Source: an uncultured Nitrososphaerota archaeon (GTDB lineage: Archaea > Thermoproteota > Nitrososphaeria > Nitrososphaerales > Nitrosopumilaceae). From it: a DNA stretch of 64,000 bases. Numbering within the stretch: position 1 is the stretch's first letter; every line of letters starts with the position of its first letter. Of the stretch, positions 20,741 to 31,499 are shown in pieces. The DNA is taken from contig OY969559.1 of the NCBI GenBank assembly GCA_963701075.1, positions 512,001-576,000 of the forward strand, in the 5' to 3' direction. Below the pieces are notes generated by a model that worked only from the letters and a program-made list of their open reading frames with translations, ran no database searches and was not told the DNA's origin. Both the position numbers and the translations under genes were made by a program.

Positions 20741-21895
20741 GTGGAAAAGGTCTGTGTTATTGGTGCTGGCAGCACAAAATATGGCAAGCTGCAAGACAGT
20801 ATTACCGATATTGCACTTCAAGCATCTGTAGAAGCAATAGAGAGTGCAGGAATAGGACCAAAGCAAATCCAAGCTGGATACATATCAAATGTATTTGGTA
20901 TTGCAGACAAGCAAGTTCATTTGGGTCCAGTAATAATGAGTAACCTTGGCATCCCAGAAGTTCCATCATTATCAATCGAGTCTGCATGTGGAAGCGGTTC
21001 GGTATCATTTCGAGAAGCATATGCAAATGTAGCTGCAGGATTTTATGATGTAGTTTTAGCAACTGGTGTTGAAAAAGTAACTCACACTGGTACTGAATGG
21101 ACTACTACATACTTTTCTTATTGTTCTGATTTCTTTTATGAAGGAGGTGACGGCGCATCATTTCCGGGATTGTTTGCATCTATGGCAAGAGCATATCTTG
21201 CAGAGTTCAAAGCAACTGAAGAAGATCTTGCAATGGTTGCAGTAAAAAATCACGATAATGGTTTACTTAATCCAAAAGCACATCTTCGCAAAAAAATTAC
21301 TATCGATGATGTATTAAAATCAGCAGTAGTTGCAAGCCCGCTGAAGCTATATGACTGCTGTCCATTTTCAGATGGAGCAAGTGCTGTAATTTTGTGTAGC
21401 GAAAAATTTGCAAAGGCTCATTCAAAAAATTACATTGAAGTAATTGGATCAGGAAGGGGTGGCTCACCTGCTGCACTGCAAGGAAGAGAGCATATTACTA
21501 CAATTCCAAGTACCCAGATTGCAGCTCAAGCCGCATACAAGATGGCTGGAATCACTCCAAAGGATGTAGATTTTGCTGAAGTCCACGATTGTTTCACAAT
21601 TGCCGAACTAGTTGACACTGAAGATCTCGGATTCTTCGAAAAGGGACAAGCTGCACAAGCAGTACGAGAAGGAAGAACAAAACTCAATGCAGATATTTCT
21701 ATAAATCCATCAGGAGGCCTAAAGTCAAAGGGACACCCAATAGGGGCAACCGGAATAGGACAGGTAGCTGAAGTCTTTGATCAATTGACAGGAAAGGCAG
21801 GAGAAAGAACTGTCAAAGATGCAAAAATCGGGCTAACTCACAACTTTGGTGCAACTGGCGCAAGCTGCGCAGTTCATATTTTCAAAAGTGTATAA
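20741..21895 (+). CDS. Archaeal thiolase (acetyl-CoA C-acetyltransferase)
   Basis: ESACGSG, EVHDCF, GHPIGATG. Confidence 0.93.
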   Translation: MEKVCVIGAGSTKYGKLQDSITDIALQASVEAIESAGIGPKQIQAGYISNVFGIADKQVHLGPVIMSNLGIPEVPSLSIESACGSGSVSFREAYANVAAGFYDVVLATGVEKVTHTGTEWTTTYFSYCSDFFYEGGDGASFPGLFASMARAYLAEFKATEEDLAMVAVKNHDNGLLNPKAHLRKKITIDDVLKSAVVASPLKLYDCCPFSDGASAVILCSEKFAKAHSKNYIEVIGSGRGGSPAALQGREHITTIPSTQIAAQAAYKMAGITPKDVDFAEVHDCFTIAELVDTEDLGFFEKGQAAQAVREGRTKLNADISINPSGGLKSKGHPIGATGIGQVAEVFDQLTGKAGERTVKDAKIGLTHNFGATGASCAVHIFKSV

Positions 21896-21897
21896 TT

Positions 21898-22264
21898 TTG
21901 CTATCTAAAGAGGAATTTATCACTAATGCAAAGGTAGGAAAGATATTAGCAAGAAAATGCACTAAATGTGGACATCCTCATCTGGTAACTACATACTTTT
22001 GCCAAAATTGTGGAAACAAGGGATTTGAGAATGTAATAATTGATGGCAAGGGCACAGTCAGCTACCTATACCATAATAACCGTCCCGCCAGAAGGTTTTG
22101 AGAAAGCTGTTCCATATGCCTGGGTTGTTATGAATGTGGATAATTTCGAATTACGAATTTCCGGCTTTATGGCAAATATCAAATCGCCAGCAGATCTGCC
22201 TTTGGGTACAAAAGTAAAGATAACCGGATATGATGAACACGGAATGATCATCGAAAAGCAGTAA
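21898..22264 (+). CDS. DUF35 Zn-ribbon/OB-fold thiolase partner (+1 frameshift at ~22059)
   Basis: CTKC…CQNC then YTIITVPPEGFEKAVPY; the two ORFs join on removing one base before AGCT. Confidence 0.85.
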
Positions 22265-22335
22265 ATCAATTTTACCGAGTTAATTAAAAAAAACTAGGAC
22301 ATTTCTTTTATAACATTATCTGAGATCCCTTCTTA

Positions 22336-22497
22336 ATGTCAGTAGATGTTGTATGTGACAAATGTGGATCTAAAATAGCAAACATGCGGATGTTAAAATC
22401 GATCAAAGATGTAATGCGACCATACAACAGCAAATGCCCATCCTGCGGTCAAACGTTGTCATCATCGGAATTTACTGTAGACGTGCAAAAGAACTGA
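22336..22497 (+). CDS. Small zinc-finger protein (53 aa)
   Basis: MSVDVVCDKCG…KCPSCGQTL; TTTTTATAA about 25 nt upstream; not in the ORF track. Confidence 0.75.
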   Translation: MSVDVVCDKCGSKIANMRMLKSIKDVMRPYNSKCPSCGQTLSSSEFTVDVQKN

Positions 22498-22565
22498 TCT
22501 AAAAAGTTTGCGTATCGATCAAACTAGTCACAAATCTTATTTACCGACATCAAGTAGACTTTGCT

Positions 22566-24662
22566 ATGGAACTGAGTGAAGACTTTGGTGATCAAAAGCG
22601 AGGAGGAATTTTACAGTCTGCATCCAAGCGAGTAAGAATGATCTTTTCTGTCATGGCAAGCCCTAACAGAATAGATATTTTAAGAATCTTAAACTCAAAA
22701 GGTCCACTCACATATTCAGAACTAAAGTCACTTGCTGGATTCAAATCAAAGAAAGAAAGCGGCAAGTTTGCATATCATCTTCGAAAATTATTACGCCAGT
22801 CTCTTGTGGCCTTGAACAAGTCTGAGAGAAGATACACCATTACAAATTTGGGCAAATTAGTACTAAGTCTTGCCAGGCAGATCGAGGAACGCTCAATTAT
22901 TGAGAGCGGCAAGATGTACGTACGTACATCACACGAATCTATAGAGGAATTTAACTCTCATAAAATAATCCAGTCTCTTGTTCGGGAAGGAAGTCTGCCT
23001 CTTGAACTTGCACAAAAGATAACAGAAGAGGTTGAAAACCGCATATACAAATTCCAGACATCATATCTTACCTCTTCATTAATACGTGAAATGGTCAATT
23101 CCGTGCTTTTGGAGCAAGGCCATGAGGACTATAGGCACAAACTAACACGATTTGGCCTTCCTGGATATGATATACATGAATTGCTGACTAATGTGGACGG
23201 TATCCATAACGGGGTGGAAGGTATGCTATTTAAAACAGGTCAAACCGTTTTCGGGGAGTATCTGGTATTGAACACACTGCCCAAGGATGTTGCTGATTCT
23301 CATCTTTCAGGCGATATTCATATTACAAACGCTGGTTTGTGGTCACTTCTTCCTGATACCATATTTGTAAACATCAAGGAGTTGATAGAAGACGGCATTG
23401 ATCTACGAGGCAAATTCTTGGGAGTAACAAGAACATCTGCTCCAAACTCTCTTGATGATCTGTCTACCTCTCTTTCAATTATAACATCACTTCTTATCAA
23501 AGAGGCCTCTCAGGAGGTTGTTATTGACGGACTGGTAGGATTATTACAAAAATATCCAAAAAATATGTCAGAAATTGAAGAAAAAATTGCAAATTCTTTT
23601 GCCAAAATATCTACTGCGCCTAAATATGGAAAAAATGAAGCGCTCGCATCGTTCAGAATTTCACTAGGCACAGAACCAAAACTTGTCGGCTCTATTCTTG
23701 CTGCCTATAAAAAATATGTAAAATCTACACCTTTGCCATCAATAGGCATCATAATAGATTATGAAAAAGGAAAGATTAACGAGTTTTCCGATATTCTGTC
23801 TGACATTATTGCATTAGGAGGGCGTGTAATGTTCTCAAAGGGATTGGCATCAAGCAAAGGTCTCTTTAAGGGAGATGCAAAGAGCACTTCGGTTACCTCA
23901 ATTAACTTGCAATCTTTGTCGATCAATATGCCACGACTTGCATTTGAATCAAACAAAGATGAAACTTACTTTAGGGCAAGGCTGGCATTGTTAATGAAAC
24001 CTGCTCTAGCAGCAATGTCTATACGAAAAAAGGAGATATCTGATCTTACGCGTAGAGGACTCAACCCGATCCTTGCAAATAATACGCAGTACATGCAAAA
24101 GGGTTCAGTTACATTAGTTGTTAATTTGTTAGGACTAAAGGAAGCAGTTTATGGAATACTCGGTTATGAGAATAACAAGGCTGGACAGGAAATTTTGGCA
24201 AAAGTTATAGCTACTGCTATTGAGGTGGCAGCCAAGAAAGGAAAAGAAATGGGTGACAATGTTACAATTTCTATAACTGAAAGTGATGCATCTGCTCGCT
24301 TTTCTTCATTGGATGGTGAAAAGTACGGTAAAATGTCAATTCATCCGCACGTAGAAGGTGAATCCTATTCGGAAGGAGTTACTATTGACGCCTCAGAAAT
24401 TGATGGAATGACTCCTAAGAGTGAAAAGATAGTCGAATCTAACCATCTTTCAAAGATGCTTAACGGCGGAGTACTAGTCCAACTCAAGATTCCAGACGCA
24501 ATGGATTCCTCAGGAATTAAGAAAGCAATAGAAAAAGCTGGAGAATTATTAGGTTCATTTAGGCCAATCAAAAAGGTGCCTATTTGTAGCAACTGCGGAC
24601 TTAAAGAAGAAACGATTGCAGAAAAATGCCCTGTCTGCAAATCGCCTTACATCCTAGCATAG
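22566..24662 (+). CDS. ArsR-type HTH + ATP-cone + degenerate class III RNR (NrdD)-like protein
   Basis: N-terminal wHTH (NRIDILRIL…FAYHLRKL), ATP-cone (VRTS…EEFNSHKI), NrdD-like HLSGDIHI, C-terminal CxxC…CxxC; no glycyl-radical RxxGY seen. Confidence 0.8.
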   Translation: MELSEDFGDQKRGGILQSASKRVRMIFSVMASPNRIDILRILNSKGPLTYSELKSLAGFKSKKESGKFAYHLRKLLRQSLVALNKSERRYTITNLGKLVLSLARQIEERSIIESGKMYVRTSHESIEEFNSHKIIQSLVREGSLPLELAQKITEEVENRIYKFQTSYLTSSLIREMVNSVLLEQGHEDYRHKLTRFGLPGYDIHELLTNVDGIHNGVEGMLFKTGQTVFGEYLVLNTLPKDVADSHLSGDIHITNAGLWSLLPDTIFVNIKELIEDGIDLRGKFLGVTRTSAPNSLDDLSTSLSIITSLLIKEASQEVVIDGLVGLLQKYPKNMSEIEEKIANSFAKISTAPKYGKNEALASFRISLGTEPKLVGSILAAYKKYVKSTPLPSIGIIIDYEKGKINEFSDILSDIIALGGRVMFSKGLASSKGLFKGDAKSTSVTSINLQSLSINMPRLAFESNKDETYFRARLALLMKPALAAMSIRKKEISDLTRRGLNPILANNTQYMQKGSVTLVVNLLGLKEAVYGILGYENNKAGQEILAKVIATAIEVAAKKGKEMGDNVTISITESDASARFSSLDGEKYGKMSIHPHVEGESYSEGVTIDASEIDGMTPKSEKIVESNHLSKMLNGGVLVQLKIPDAMDSSGIKKAIEKAGELLGSFRPIKKVPICSNCGLKEETIAEKCPVCKSPYILA

Positions 24663-24879
24663 CCGGCACATTTCCAGAATAAAAAAATTAGAAAATATTA
24701 TTGAATTTGTTCACAAATTTTCACAGAATTCTTTTACGATTATATTGACGTATGGCGATCTATTACTATGAAAATCATAATGGTGTCAACAAAATTGATG
24801 CAAAGCTCAGCAATGCGAAAAAAAATTTTGCCGCAGACTTTATTTAACTCTCGTTTGATACTGGTACGGGGAGTGTAAA

Positions 24880-27537
24880 ATGACAGATTTTTCACAAATA
24901 GAGAATTCGATCATCGATGTAAAGAAGCGTGACGGCCGCGTATCTTCGTTCCAGAAGGATAAAATTTCAAACGCGATCTATAAAGCACTAGTAGCTTGTG
25001 GTAGGCCAGATCATGGATCAGCCGATAAACTAGCAAATCGTGTTATGGAAAAACTTGTGACTCATGGTTATTCGTCTTCAGCGTTACCAAGCGTAGAAGA
25101 TGTTCAAGATATGGTAGAATCAACCCTAATTGATGAAGGATTAGGGGAGATCGCTAAAGCATACATACTGTATAGACACGAACGCAGAAAGGTACGAGAA
25201 GAGAAATCAAAGGTACTTGAATCCACTACTCTTGATTCTGTTGCCAAGAAATTTGATCTTAATTGCCTTAGAGTCCTTGCCTCTAGATATCTACTCAGAA
25301 ACAACAAGGGCCAGATAACTGAAAGTCCTGGTGAGATGTTTGAAAGAGTTGCAACGCTTGTTGGAATCTCTGATGTTCTAAAAGATCCCTCTATCTTTAA
25401 TGTGGAGAGAGGTAACACACAAAATACAGAGGAAGCAGCAAAATATCTAGACAAGCTGGATGACTTTAACTGCAAATTCAAAATAGGAAAATATTATCTC
25501 AGCAAATATCACTTTAGATCACTAATACAGCACTACATTGACCTTGCCAAACGGGGCCAGATGAAGGTTAGCATCAAAGAATTTCTTACAATGCTGGCAG
25601 CAAACAAGTTCGAACAACATGCTGAAAGAATCAACGAATATTATGAAATGATGGCTTCTCAAGACTTTCTACCAAATTCTCCTACAATGATGAATGCAGG
25701 AGCACGACTTGGACAACTTTCTGCCTGTTTTGTGCTTGCAATGCCTGATGACATGGAAAAGATAATGAAGTCATCTTCTGACGCTGCTTTGATATTCAAA
25801 TCAGGCGGTGGTGTTGGTATCAATTATTCTGACTTGAGGCCAGAAGGAGATATGGTTGCATCAACATCGGGAGTTGCATCAGGCCCAGTCTCTTTCATGA
25901 ATATAATTAACACTGTTACAGAAGTGGTCAAGCAGGGAGGAAAACGAAGGGGTGCAAACATGGGAATCATAGAGTCATGGCATCCAGATATTGAGAAATT
26001 CATTACTGCTAAAACAAAGCCAGGTGTACTAGAGAACTTTAATGTAAGTGTAGGAGTCTGGGAAGACTTTTGGGAAGCATTGGTAAATTCACAAGATGGC
26101 AAATACACACTACGAAGTCCTCTGGACATGTCACCAGTCCGAGAAGTAAATGCGCATCATATTATTGATTTGATAGCACTATCTGCATGGAAGAGTGCAG
26201 AACCTGGATTGATCTTCTTTGATATAATCAACAAGTACAATGTATTTGCAAAGGCTCGCGGCGCACCACTTCGTGCAACAAATCCTTGTGGGGAACAAAG
26301 CTTGTATCCATACGAATCCTGCAATCTGGGATCAATCAATCTGGCTAACTTTGTAAAGAGAAAGGCAGATGGACAATACGAATTTGACTGGCAAAGATAT
26401 GAAGAAGCAATTAGAAAAACGACCAGATTCCTAGACAATATAATTGATGTCAACAACTATCCAATTCCAGAAATAGATCAGGCATCTAAGGACTCTAGAA
26501 GAATAGGGCTTGGAGTAATGGGAGTTGCCGACCTGTTATTCAAACTAAGGATCCCATACAATTCACAAGAAGGATATGAATTCCAAGAAAAATTAGCCGA
26601 GGCATTAACCTATTATTCTACAGAAGAAAGCATTGCACTTGCAAAAACACGAGGACCGTTTCCACTATGTTCAAAAACAGAATATCCCGAAGGGAAGATT
26701 CCAGTGGCAGGTTATTATGAAAAACCAAAGAATACTCGCACCTATGACTGGGATGCCTTGATAACAAAGATCCAAAAGCATGGAATCAGAAATGTTCTCA
26801 CCACTACAGTAGCACCCACTGGAACCTTGTCCATGATTGCAGATTGCTCCAACGGAATGGAACCAATGTTTGCACTAGTATTTGAAAAGCGAGTAACCGT
26901 AGGAAGATTCTTCTACACAAACAAGATATTTGAAGCAGTTCTCAAGGAACATGGCCTATACAGTGATCAGTTACTGGAAAAGATTGCAAATAACTATGGT
27001 TCAGTAAAAGGAATCCCAGAGATTCCAGAATGGATGCAGAAAATCTTTGTCACAGCAATGGACATTCACTGGACAGATCACCTGATGGCACAGGGTGTAT
27101 GGCAAAGATGGATAGGAAATGCCATAGCAAAGACAATCAATATGCCAAACGATGTATCATCTGACGATGTAAAGGCCGCATATCTGTTAGCACATGAACT
27201 CGGACTAAAGGGAATCACTGTATACAGAGACGGCTCAAGACATGAACAGGTACTTCACATGACAGGCGATGACGTACAAAAGACATTCCAAGTTACCCCT
27301 AGCGCGTATGTAACTGATTACATTTCAAAGAATATCACAAACGCTTATCTGAGAGTCCAAGTGGAGCGAGCACTTCAGATCAAGATTCCAGAAAGTGGAG
27401 TCATGCAATTGCCGCCAAAACTTACGGCTGAACAAATTGAAGAGATGCTATGTCCAACATGTAAAAATGCACTTGTGTTCGCAGAAGGCTGTAACATATG
27501 CATTGAATGTGGATACAGTGGATGCACATCTGGATAG
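24880..27537 (+). CDS. nrdJ: Adenosylcobalamin-dependent (class II) ribonucleotide reductase
   Basis: ATP-cone, PNSPTMMNAG, SACFV, TNPCGEQ, CNLGSINL, APTGTLS, C-terminal Zn ribbon. Confidence 0.96.
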   Translation: MTDFSQIENSIIDVKKRDGRVSSFQKDKISNAIYKALVACGRPDHGSADKLANRVMEKLVTHGYSSSALPSVEDVQDMVESTLIDEGLGEIAKAYILYRHERRKVREEKSKVLESTTLDSVAKKFDLNCLRVLASRYLLRNNKGQITESPGEMFERVATLVGISDVLKDPSIFNVERGNTQNTEEAAKYLDKLDDFNCKFKIGKYYLSKYHFRSLIQHYIDLAKRGQMKVSIKEFLTMLAANKFEQHAERINEYYEMMASQDFLPNSPTMMNAGARLGQLSACFVLAMPDDMEKIMKSSSDAALIFKSGGGVGINYSDLRPEGDMVASTSGVASGPVSFMNIINTVTEVVKQGGKRRGANMGIIESWHPDIEKFITAKTKPGVLENFNVSVGVWEDFWEALVNSQDGKYTLRSPLDMSPVREVNAHHIIDLIALSAWKSAEPGLIFFDIINKYNVFAKARGAPLRATNPCGEQSLYPYESCNLGSINLANFVKRKADGQYEFDWQRYEEAIRKTTRFLDNIIDVNNYPIPEIDQASKDSRRIGLGVMGVADLLFKLRIPYNSQEGYEFQEKLAEALTYYSTEESIALAKTRGPFPLCSKTEYPEGKIPVAGYYEKPKNTRTYDWDALITKIQKHGIRNVLTTTVAPTGTLSMIADCSNGMEPMFALVFEKRVTVGRFFYTNKIFEAVLKEHGLYSDQLLEKIANNYGSVKGIPEIPEWMQKIFVTAMDIHWTDHLMAQGVWQRWIGNAIAKTINMPNDVSSDDVKAAYLLAHELGLKGITVYRDGSRHEQVLHMTGDDVQKTFQVTPSAYVTDYISKNITNAYLRVQVERALQIKIPESGVMQLPPKLTAEQIEEMLCPTCKNALVFAEGCNICIECGYSGCTSG

Positions 27538-27580
27538 ATCCGCTGCTCTGAAATCAAAACTCTTTTAGTATCATCATTTA

Positions 27581-28705
27581 TTGAAAATAGCGTTGCAGAG
27601 AAAAACTATCGGGATTGTTATAGGTGGAGCAGCTGTTGCAGTTGCTGTTGCAGTATTCTTTCTTGTTATGCAGCCTCAAGTGCAACCACAACCTCAGACT
27701 CAAGTGACACCAAATCCAAAACTTGGCCTAGTCATCATGCCACCAACTGAGAGACCAACCTTTGATGAAGTGCATAATGCCTACATCCAGGCTGCATCAA
27801 CAGGTATAGGTCGAAGCAACGTCTACATGTTGTGGCCAATCATAGAACCACAACCGGGAACTTTCAATTGGCAAACCTATGATATTCTCATGGGCCTAAA
27901 CAGGGAACAACACCTCAACGTCACACTCTACTTTTCTATAATAAACAACGAAGAGCTTGGACCATTTCCAAATTGGTTGGGACATCCAAGTCTTGATGCA
28001 AATTTAGCAAACCAGACAGCAAGTGCGCTTGACGCAATTCTATCAAGATACTACATTGTGGATTATGTAATTATAGGTGGAGATGTTGATATTTACTTTA
28101 GAGATCATCCAAATGACATTCCAAAATATGTGGACTTTTTCAATTCCGTTTATGCTGATCTTAAGGCAAAACACCCCAATGTTAAGTTTGGAAACTGGTT
28201 TTCATTAAATGACCTGATAAATCACTCTGATTCTGATACGGTAAAAAAACTCAATCAGGGTGATTTTGTAGCGTATTCTTATGCTCCAGTTGATCTGGAA
28301 TTTTATCAAACCCAGAGTCCTGACGAAGAGGGACAAAATCTTCAGAAGATGATAGATTATGCAGGCGGGAAGAACATTGCATTAATGGAGATTGGGTGGA
28401 GCACGGATAAAGCAGTTAACGGAACAGAGGCAGATCAGGCACAATTTGTAAAGACTGCATTTGACTTTTACAGGAAAAATGAATCTCAATTTGAGTTTAT
28501 GACATGGTACAGGCAATATGACAGACCATTTGATACATGTTATAACGGCCTGAACGCAAACGTACAAACTTCATTTAGTAACAGTATTCTCTTGAATAAT
28601 ACAGCAGCATATCTTTGTAGTACGGGACTGATTGATGATAACAACAACACAAAGCCGGCATGGGATGAATTTAAGAATCAAATACAACAGAGTCCTAATT
28701 CTTAA
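27581..28705 (+). CDS. Membrane-anchored glycoside-hydrolase-like (TIM barrel) protein
   Basis: WPIIEPQPGTFNW, IALMEIGWS, TGLID…KPAW resemble clan GH-A patterns. Confidence 0.55.
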   Translation: MKIALQRKTIGIVIGGAAVAVAVAVFFLVMQPQVQPQPQTQVTPNPKLGLVIMPPTERPTFDEVHNAYIQAASTGIGRSNVYMLWPIIEPQPGTFNWQTYDILMGLNREQHLNVTLYFSIINNEELGPFPNWLGHPSLDANLANQTASALDAILSRYYIVDYVIIGGDVDIYFRDHPNDIPKYVDFFNSVYADLKAKHPNVKFGNWFSLNDLINHSDSDTVKKLNQGDFVAYSYAPVDLEFYQTQSPDEEGQNLQKMIDYAGGKNIALMEIGWSTDKAVNGTEADQAQFVKTAFDFYRKNESQFEFMTWYRQYDRPFDTCYNGLNANVQTSFSNSILLNNTAAYLCSTGLIDDNNNTKPAWDEFKNQIQQSPNS

Positions 28706-29878
28706 TTGCAAAAAAGTGAATTTGCTAGTTTGAAAAATATATGTCTGGCAATTGTTGCTCTGCTCTCTACAAGTTTTGTCTCAGTATATGCAACTTATGA
28801 GCCTCCAACAACCCAAGAGCAAACTCTTTTCAATCAATTGCTTGCTCAACTTGAGAAGACCACTGTTCCTAAGACAGATGTAACAGACGTAATTCAGACA
28901 TTTGAAAGGCCACTTATCATAAGTTTTTCATGCAATGCTAATGACACAAATAATTTTGTAGTATCTGTAATCACTACTAAATTAGCTAAATTTGATGAAA
29001 ATAATTCTCATCAGGATGTGGTTACAGGAGGGACTTATACATGGAACTGTCTTGTTACAACAGAAGCAGGCAAGGTCACGCTTCAATGTAACAATGAGCT
29101 AAGACTTAATCCAGAAATTTTGTTAAATGGAACAGATGTAAACCCTACAGTTCATCAGGTGGAAAATCAAGTAGTCCTATATCATGAACTGCTTCATGGC
29201 CAATTAATGATTAATGCAATAAAATCCCTTGGTACTTGGAGGCATGAGATTTGCAACAAGACTCCCCAGCAACCAGTAGATTATTCGTATGCTGATCCTG
29301 ATCATAAAATAATCAATCCCCTACAAACCCAGTTTGCGTCTGAGCTGATGGAGGCGCAGGGAGGAGAAGTAATCACTAAAAATGTAATGCCAAATGATAC
29401 CGAAAATGGAAGATTTGCAATCAGAGTTTTCAATATACATGATTATCCCAAGCTCATAACTGGAGGTGAGGTAACTCTTAGGGCAGTTAACATGGATGAT
29501 ACTAAATTTGGCTCTTTCAACAATACAGTTCTTTTGGAAGGAACCCTTATCAATAAAACAGAATCGGGCATAGCGTGGTTTTATCTTTTTGATAATCAAA
29601 CTAGCAAAGAATCTACTCACAATTCCACCAGTGCTGTATGGGCAAAAAGAGTGGCAGGTCTATGGGCAAATGGAAAAGCAAGTGATTCTGATTTTTATAA
29701 TGTGATACAATATCTGACTCAACAAAACGCCACGGCATCAAATAATGAGGAATCCAGTGTAAATGTAATTCCTTATTGGTTAAAAAATACTGCTAATTGG
29801 TGGTTTGAGGGAAAGATAGATGATGCAACGTTTCTAAACTCAATTCAATATCTCATATCCAATAAAATAATTTCATAA
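28706..29878 (+). CDS. Secreted protein with HExxH motif and C-terminal thaumarchaeal modules
   Basis: LYHELLHG; IPYWLKNTANWWFEGKIDD…IQYLI. Confidence 0.65.
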   Translation: MQKSEFASLKNICLAIVALLSTSFVSVYATYEPPTTQEQTLFNQLLAQLEKTTVPKTDVTDVIQTFERPLIISFSCNANDTNNFVVSVITTKLAKFDENNSHQDVVTGGTYTWNCLVTTEAGKVTLQCNNELRLNPEILLNGTDVNPTVHQVENQVVLYHELLHGQLMINAIKSLGTWRHEICNKTPQQPVDYSYADPDHKIINPLQTQFASELMEAQGGEVITKNVMPNDTENGRFAIRVFNIHDYPKLITGGEVTLRAVNMDDTKFGSFNNTVLLEGTLINKTESGIAWFYLFDNQTSKESTHNSTSAVWAKRVAGLWANGKASDSDFYNVIQYLTQQNATASNNEESSVNVIPYWLKNTANWWFEGKIDDATFLNSIQYLISNKIIS

Positions 29879-29889
29879 AAGTAGAACAA

Positions 29890-29963
29890 TGCGGTCGCCG
29901 GGATTTGAACCCGGGTAACGGGCTTGGAAGGCCAGTGTACTAACCAAACTATACTACGACCGC
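29890..29963 (-). tRNA. tRNA-Gly (TCC)
   Basis: Reverse complement GCGGTCGTAGTATAGTTTGGTTAGTACACTGGCCTTCCAAGCCCGTTACCCGGGTTCAAATCCCGGCGACCGCA; 7-bp acceptor stem, T-loop GTTCAAA, anticodon TCC. Confidence 0.93.
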
Positions 29964-29983
29964 TCACACTGCCAATCTTATAC

Positions 29984-30652
29984 CTACATAATAATTCTTT
30001 TTTCGCACTCGTATAGTATGCGAGAAATAATTATGTGAGCTTCAAGAGGACTCTTGTCAACTGATATCATCTTGTCAAAGTGCTTCTTGATATCATCAGA
30101 AAACTGTCCTTTTGCAAAACCTCCAACCACAATGCATGTGTCTTTGTCTGTTTCTTCTGCAAGTTGCTGATAAGAAGATGATATTCCTTTGCTTGAGAGC
30201 CCAATCACCTGCTTGGGACTGATTTTTTTGATCAGGTCATCAAAATTCATTTTTTTTATTTCAAGCAGATTTTTACCGTCTTCTTCAATCTTGCCTTCCA
30301 AATATAATTTCTCGATGAGGCCTGCAAATCGGTGATAGGACTTTGGCAATCTTACTGACTTGTCAAAGAATATGACCCTGTCATCAATTGTGTGTACAAA
30401 GACTTGGAGCCTATTTTCAAAATAGATGGGTATACTGCAAGCCTCAAGAAGGCAAAAATGTACCAAATCTGGCCTACCTCTTTTTATCTCATTTTTTATC
30501 TTCTTCATAGCAGCAAAGTGCCATGATACATCAAGGAGAATTTCAGATGGTTTTTTGTTAAATTTCCTAGCTGACGCAAGAACGGAATTGTGATTTTGAA
30601 GCTCTTTAGGTACTAACTCCAATGCTGATTCTGCTATTACTAGTGCAAGCAA
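29984..30652 (-). CDS. nep1: 16S rRNA pseudouridine methyltransferase Nep1/EMG1
   Basis: ESALELVP, RGRPDLVH, RLPKSYHRF, VVGGFAKG. Confidence 0.92.
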   Translation of the reverse strand: MLALVIAESALELVPKELQNHNSVLASARKFNKKPSEILLDVSWHFAAMKKIKNEIKRGRPDLVHFCLLEACSIPIYFENRLQVFVHTIDDRVIFFDKSVRLPKSYHRFAGLIEKLYLEGKIEEDGKNLLEIKKMNFDDLIKKISPKQVIGLSSKGISSSYQQLAEETDKDTCIVVGGFAKGQFSDDIKKHFDKMISVDKSPLEAHIIISRILYECEKRIIM

Positions 30653-30687
30653 GATTGTATTTTAAGGGTAGGCATTATTTAATCAAC

Positions 30688-31008
30688 ATGAAGGATAGAT
30701 TGCGGGATCTCATCATAGAGAGAATGCAAATCTTGATTCAAAATGCAATATCAAACGCAAGGCGCGATCCAGAGATATCTCAAAGACAAGCAAGTCTGGC
30801 AAAGAGGCTTAGCACAAAATATCGTGTTAGAATGCCTTATGAGATGAGAATGAACTTTTGCAAAAAATGCAAAAAATTTATCGTTCCGGGGCTCACAGCA
30901 AGAATTCGACTGGGAAGATCCGACGTGAAATCAATACGCATAACCTGCAAATTTTGTAATCACACGTACAGAAAAATAATAAAAAAACAAGCTGCCAAAG
31001 GTCAATGA
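30688..31008 (+). CDS. rnp4: RNase P protein Rpr2/Rpp21
   Basis: ERMQIL…FCKKC…ITCKFC. Confidence 0.88.
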   Translation: MKDRLRDLIIERMQILIQNAISNARRDPEISQRQASLAKRLSTKYRVRMPYEMRMNFCKKCKKFIVPGLTARIRLGRSDVKSIRITCKFCNHTYRKIIKKQAAKGQ

Positions 31009-31039
31009 TTTATAAGACGAACTTTGAATTTTGGATTTT

Positions 31040-31492
31040 ATGGCAAAGGCATATGACGTACCGGCTGATTTACTGATTACTAGGTTATCGGAGATTCTAA
31101 AGACTGAAGACATAACTACACCTAGCTGGATTCCATTTGTCAAGACAGGTGCACACGCAGTTAAACCTCCTCAACAAAATGACTGGTATTATACAAGATG
31201 CGCTTCACTTTTGAGAAAGATTTACTTGCACGGCCCAATTGGCGTACAAGATCTAAGAACAATGTATGGTGGAACAAAACCAGTTGGATATGGTGGAGCA
31301 CATCACAGAGATGCTGGCGGTGCAATAATTAGAACTGCCATACATAACTTGGAAAAGCTAGGTTATCTTGATAAGGTTGAAGGAAAAGGAAGAACAATAT
31401 CTCACGAGGGAATGAAAAAAGTTGATCGAGTTTCAACTGAGTTACTAAATGAACTGATTGTAAAAAATCCAAATCTAAAAAAGTATTCCTAG
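31040..31492 (+). CDS. rps19e: 30S ribosomal protein S19e
   Basis: FVKTG…WYYTRCASLLRKIY…GGAIIR. Confidence 0.97.
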   Translation: MAKAYDVPADLLITRLSEILKTEDITTPSWIPFVKTGAHAVKPPQQNDWYYTRCASLLRKIYLHGPIGVQDLRTMYGGTKPVGYGGAHHRDAGGAIIRTAIHNLEKLGYLDKVEGKGRTISHEGMKKVDRVSTELLNELIVKNPNLKKYS

Positions 31493-31499
31493 TGATCTT

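Noticed and set aside
24663-24879. Cobalamin riboswitch upstream of nrdJ
   Set aside because: AT-rich with no recognisable B12-box or extended stems.
985-27537. Inteins in atpA or nrdJ
   Set aside because: Conserved motifs are contiguous and lengths are normal; no intein splice-junction pattern seen.
29890-29963. tRNA-Gly as an integration site, or as a pseudo-tRNA (one anticodon-stem mismatch)
   Set aside because: No duplicated 3' fragment or adjacent integrase seen; a single mismatch is tolerable and the rest of the cloverleaf is intact.
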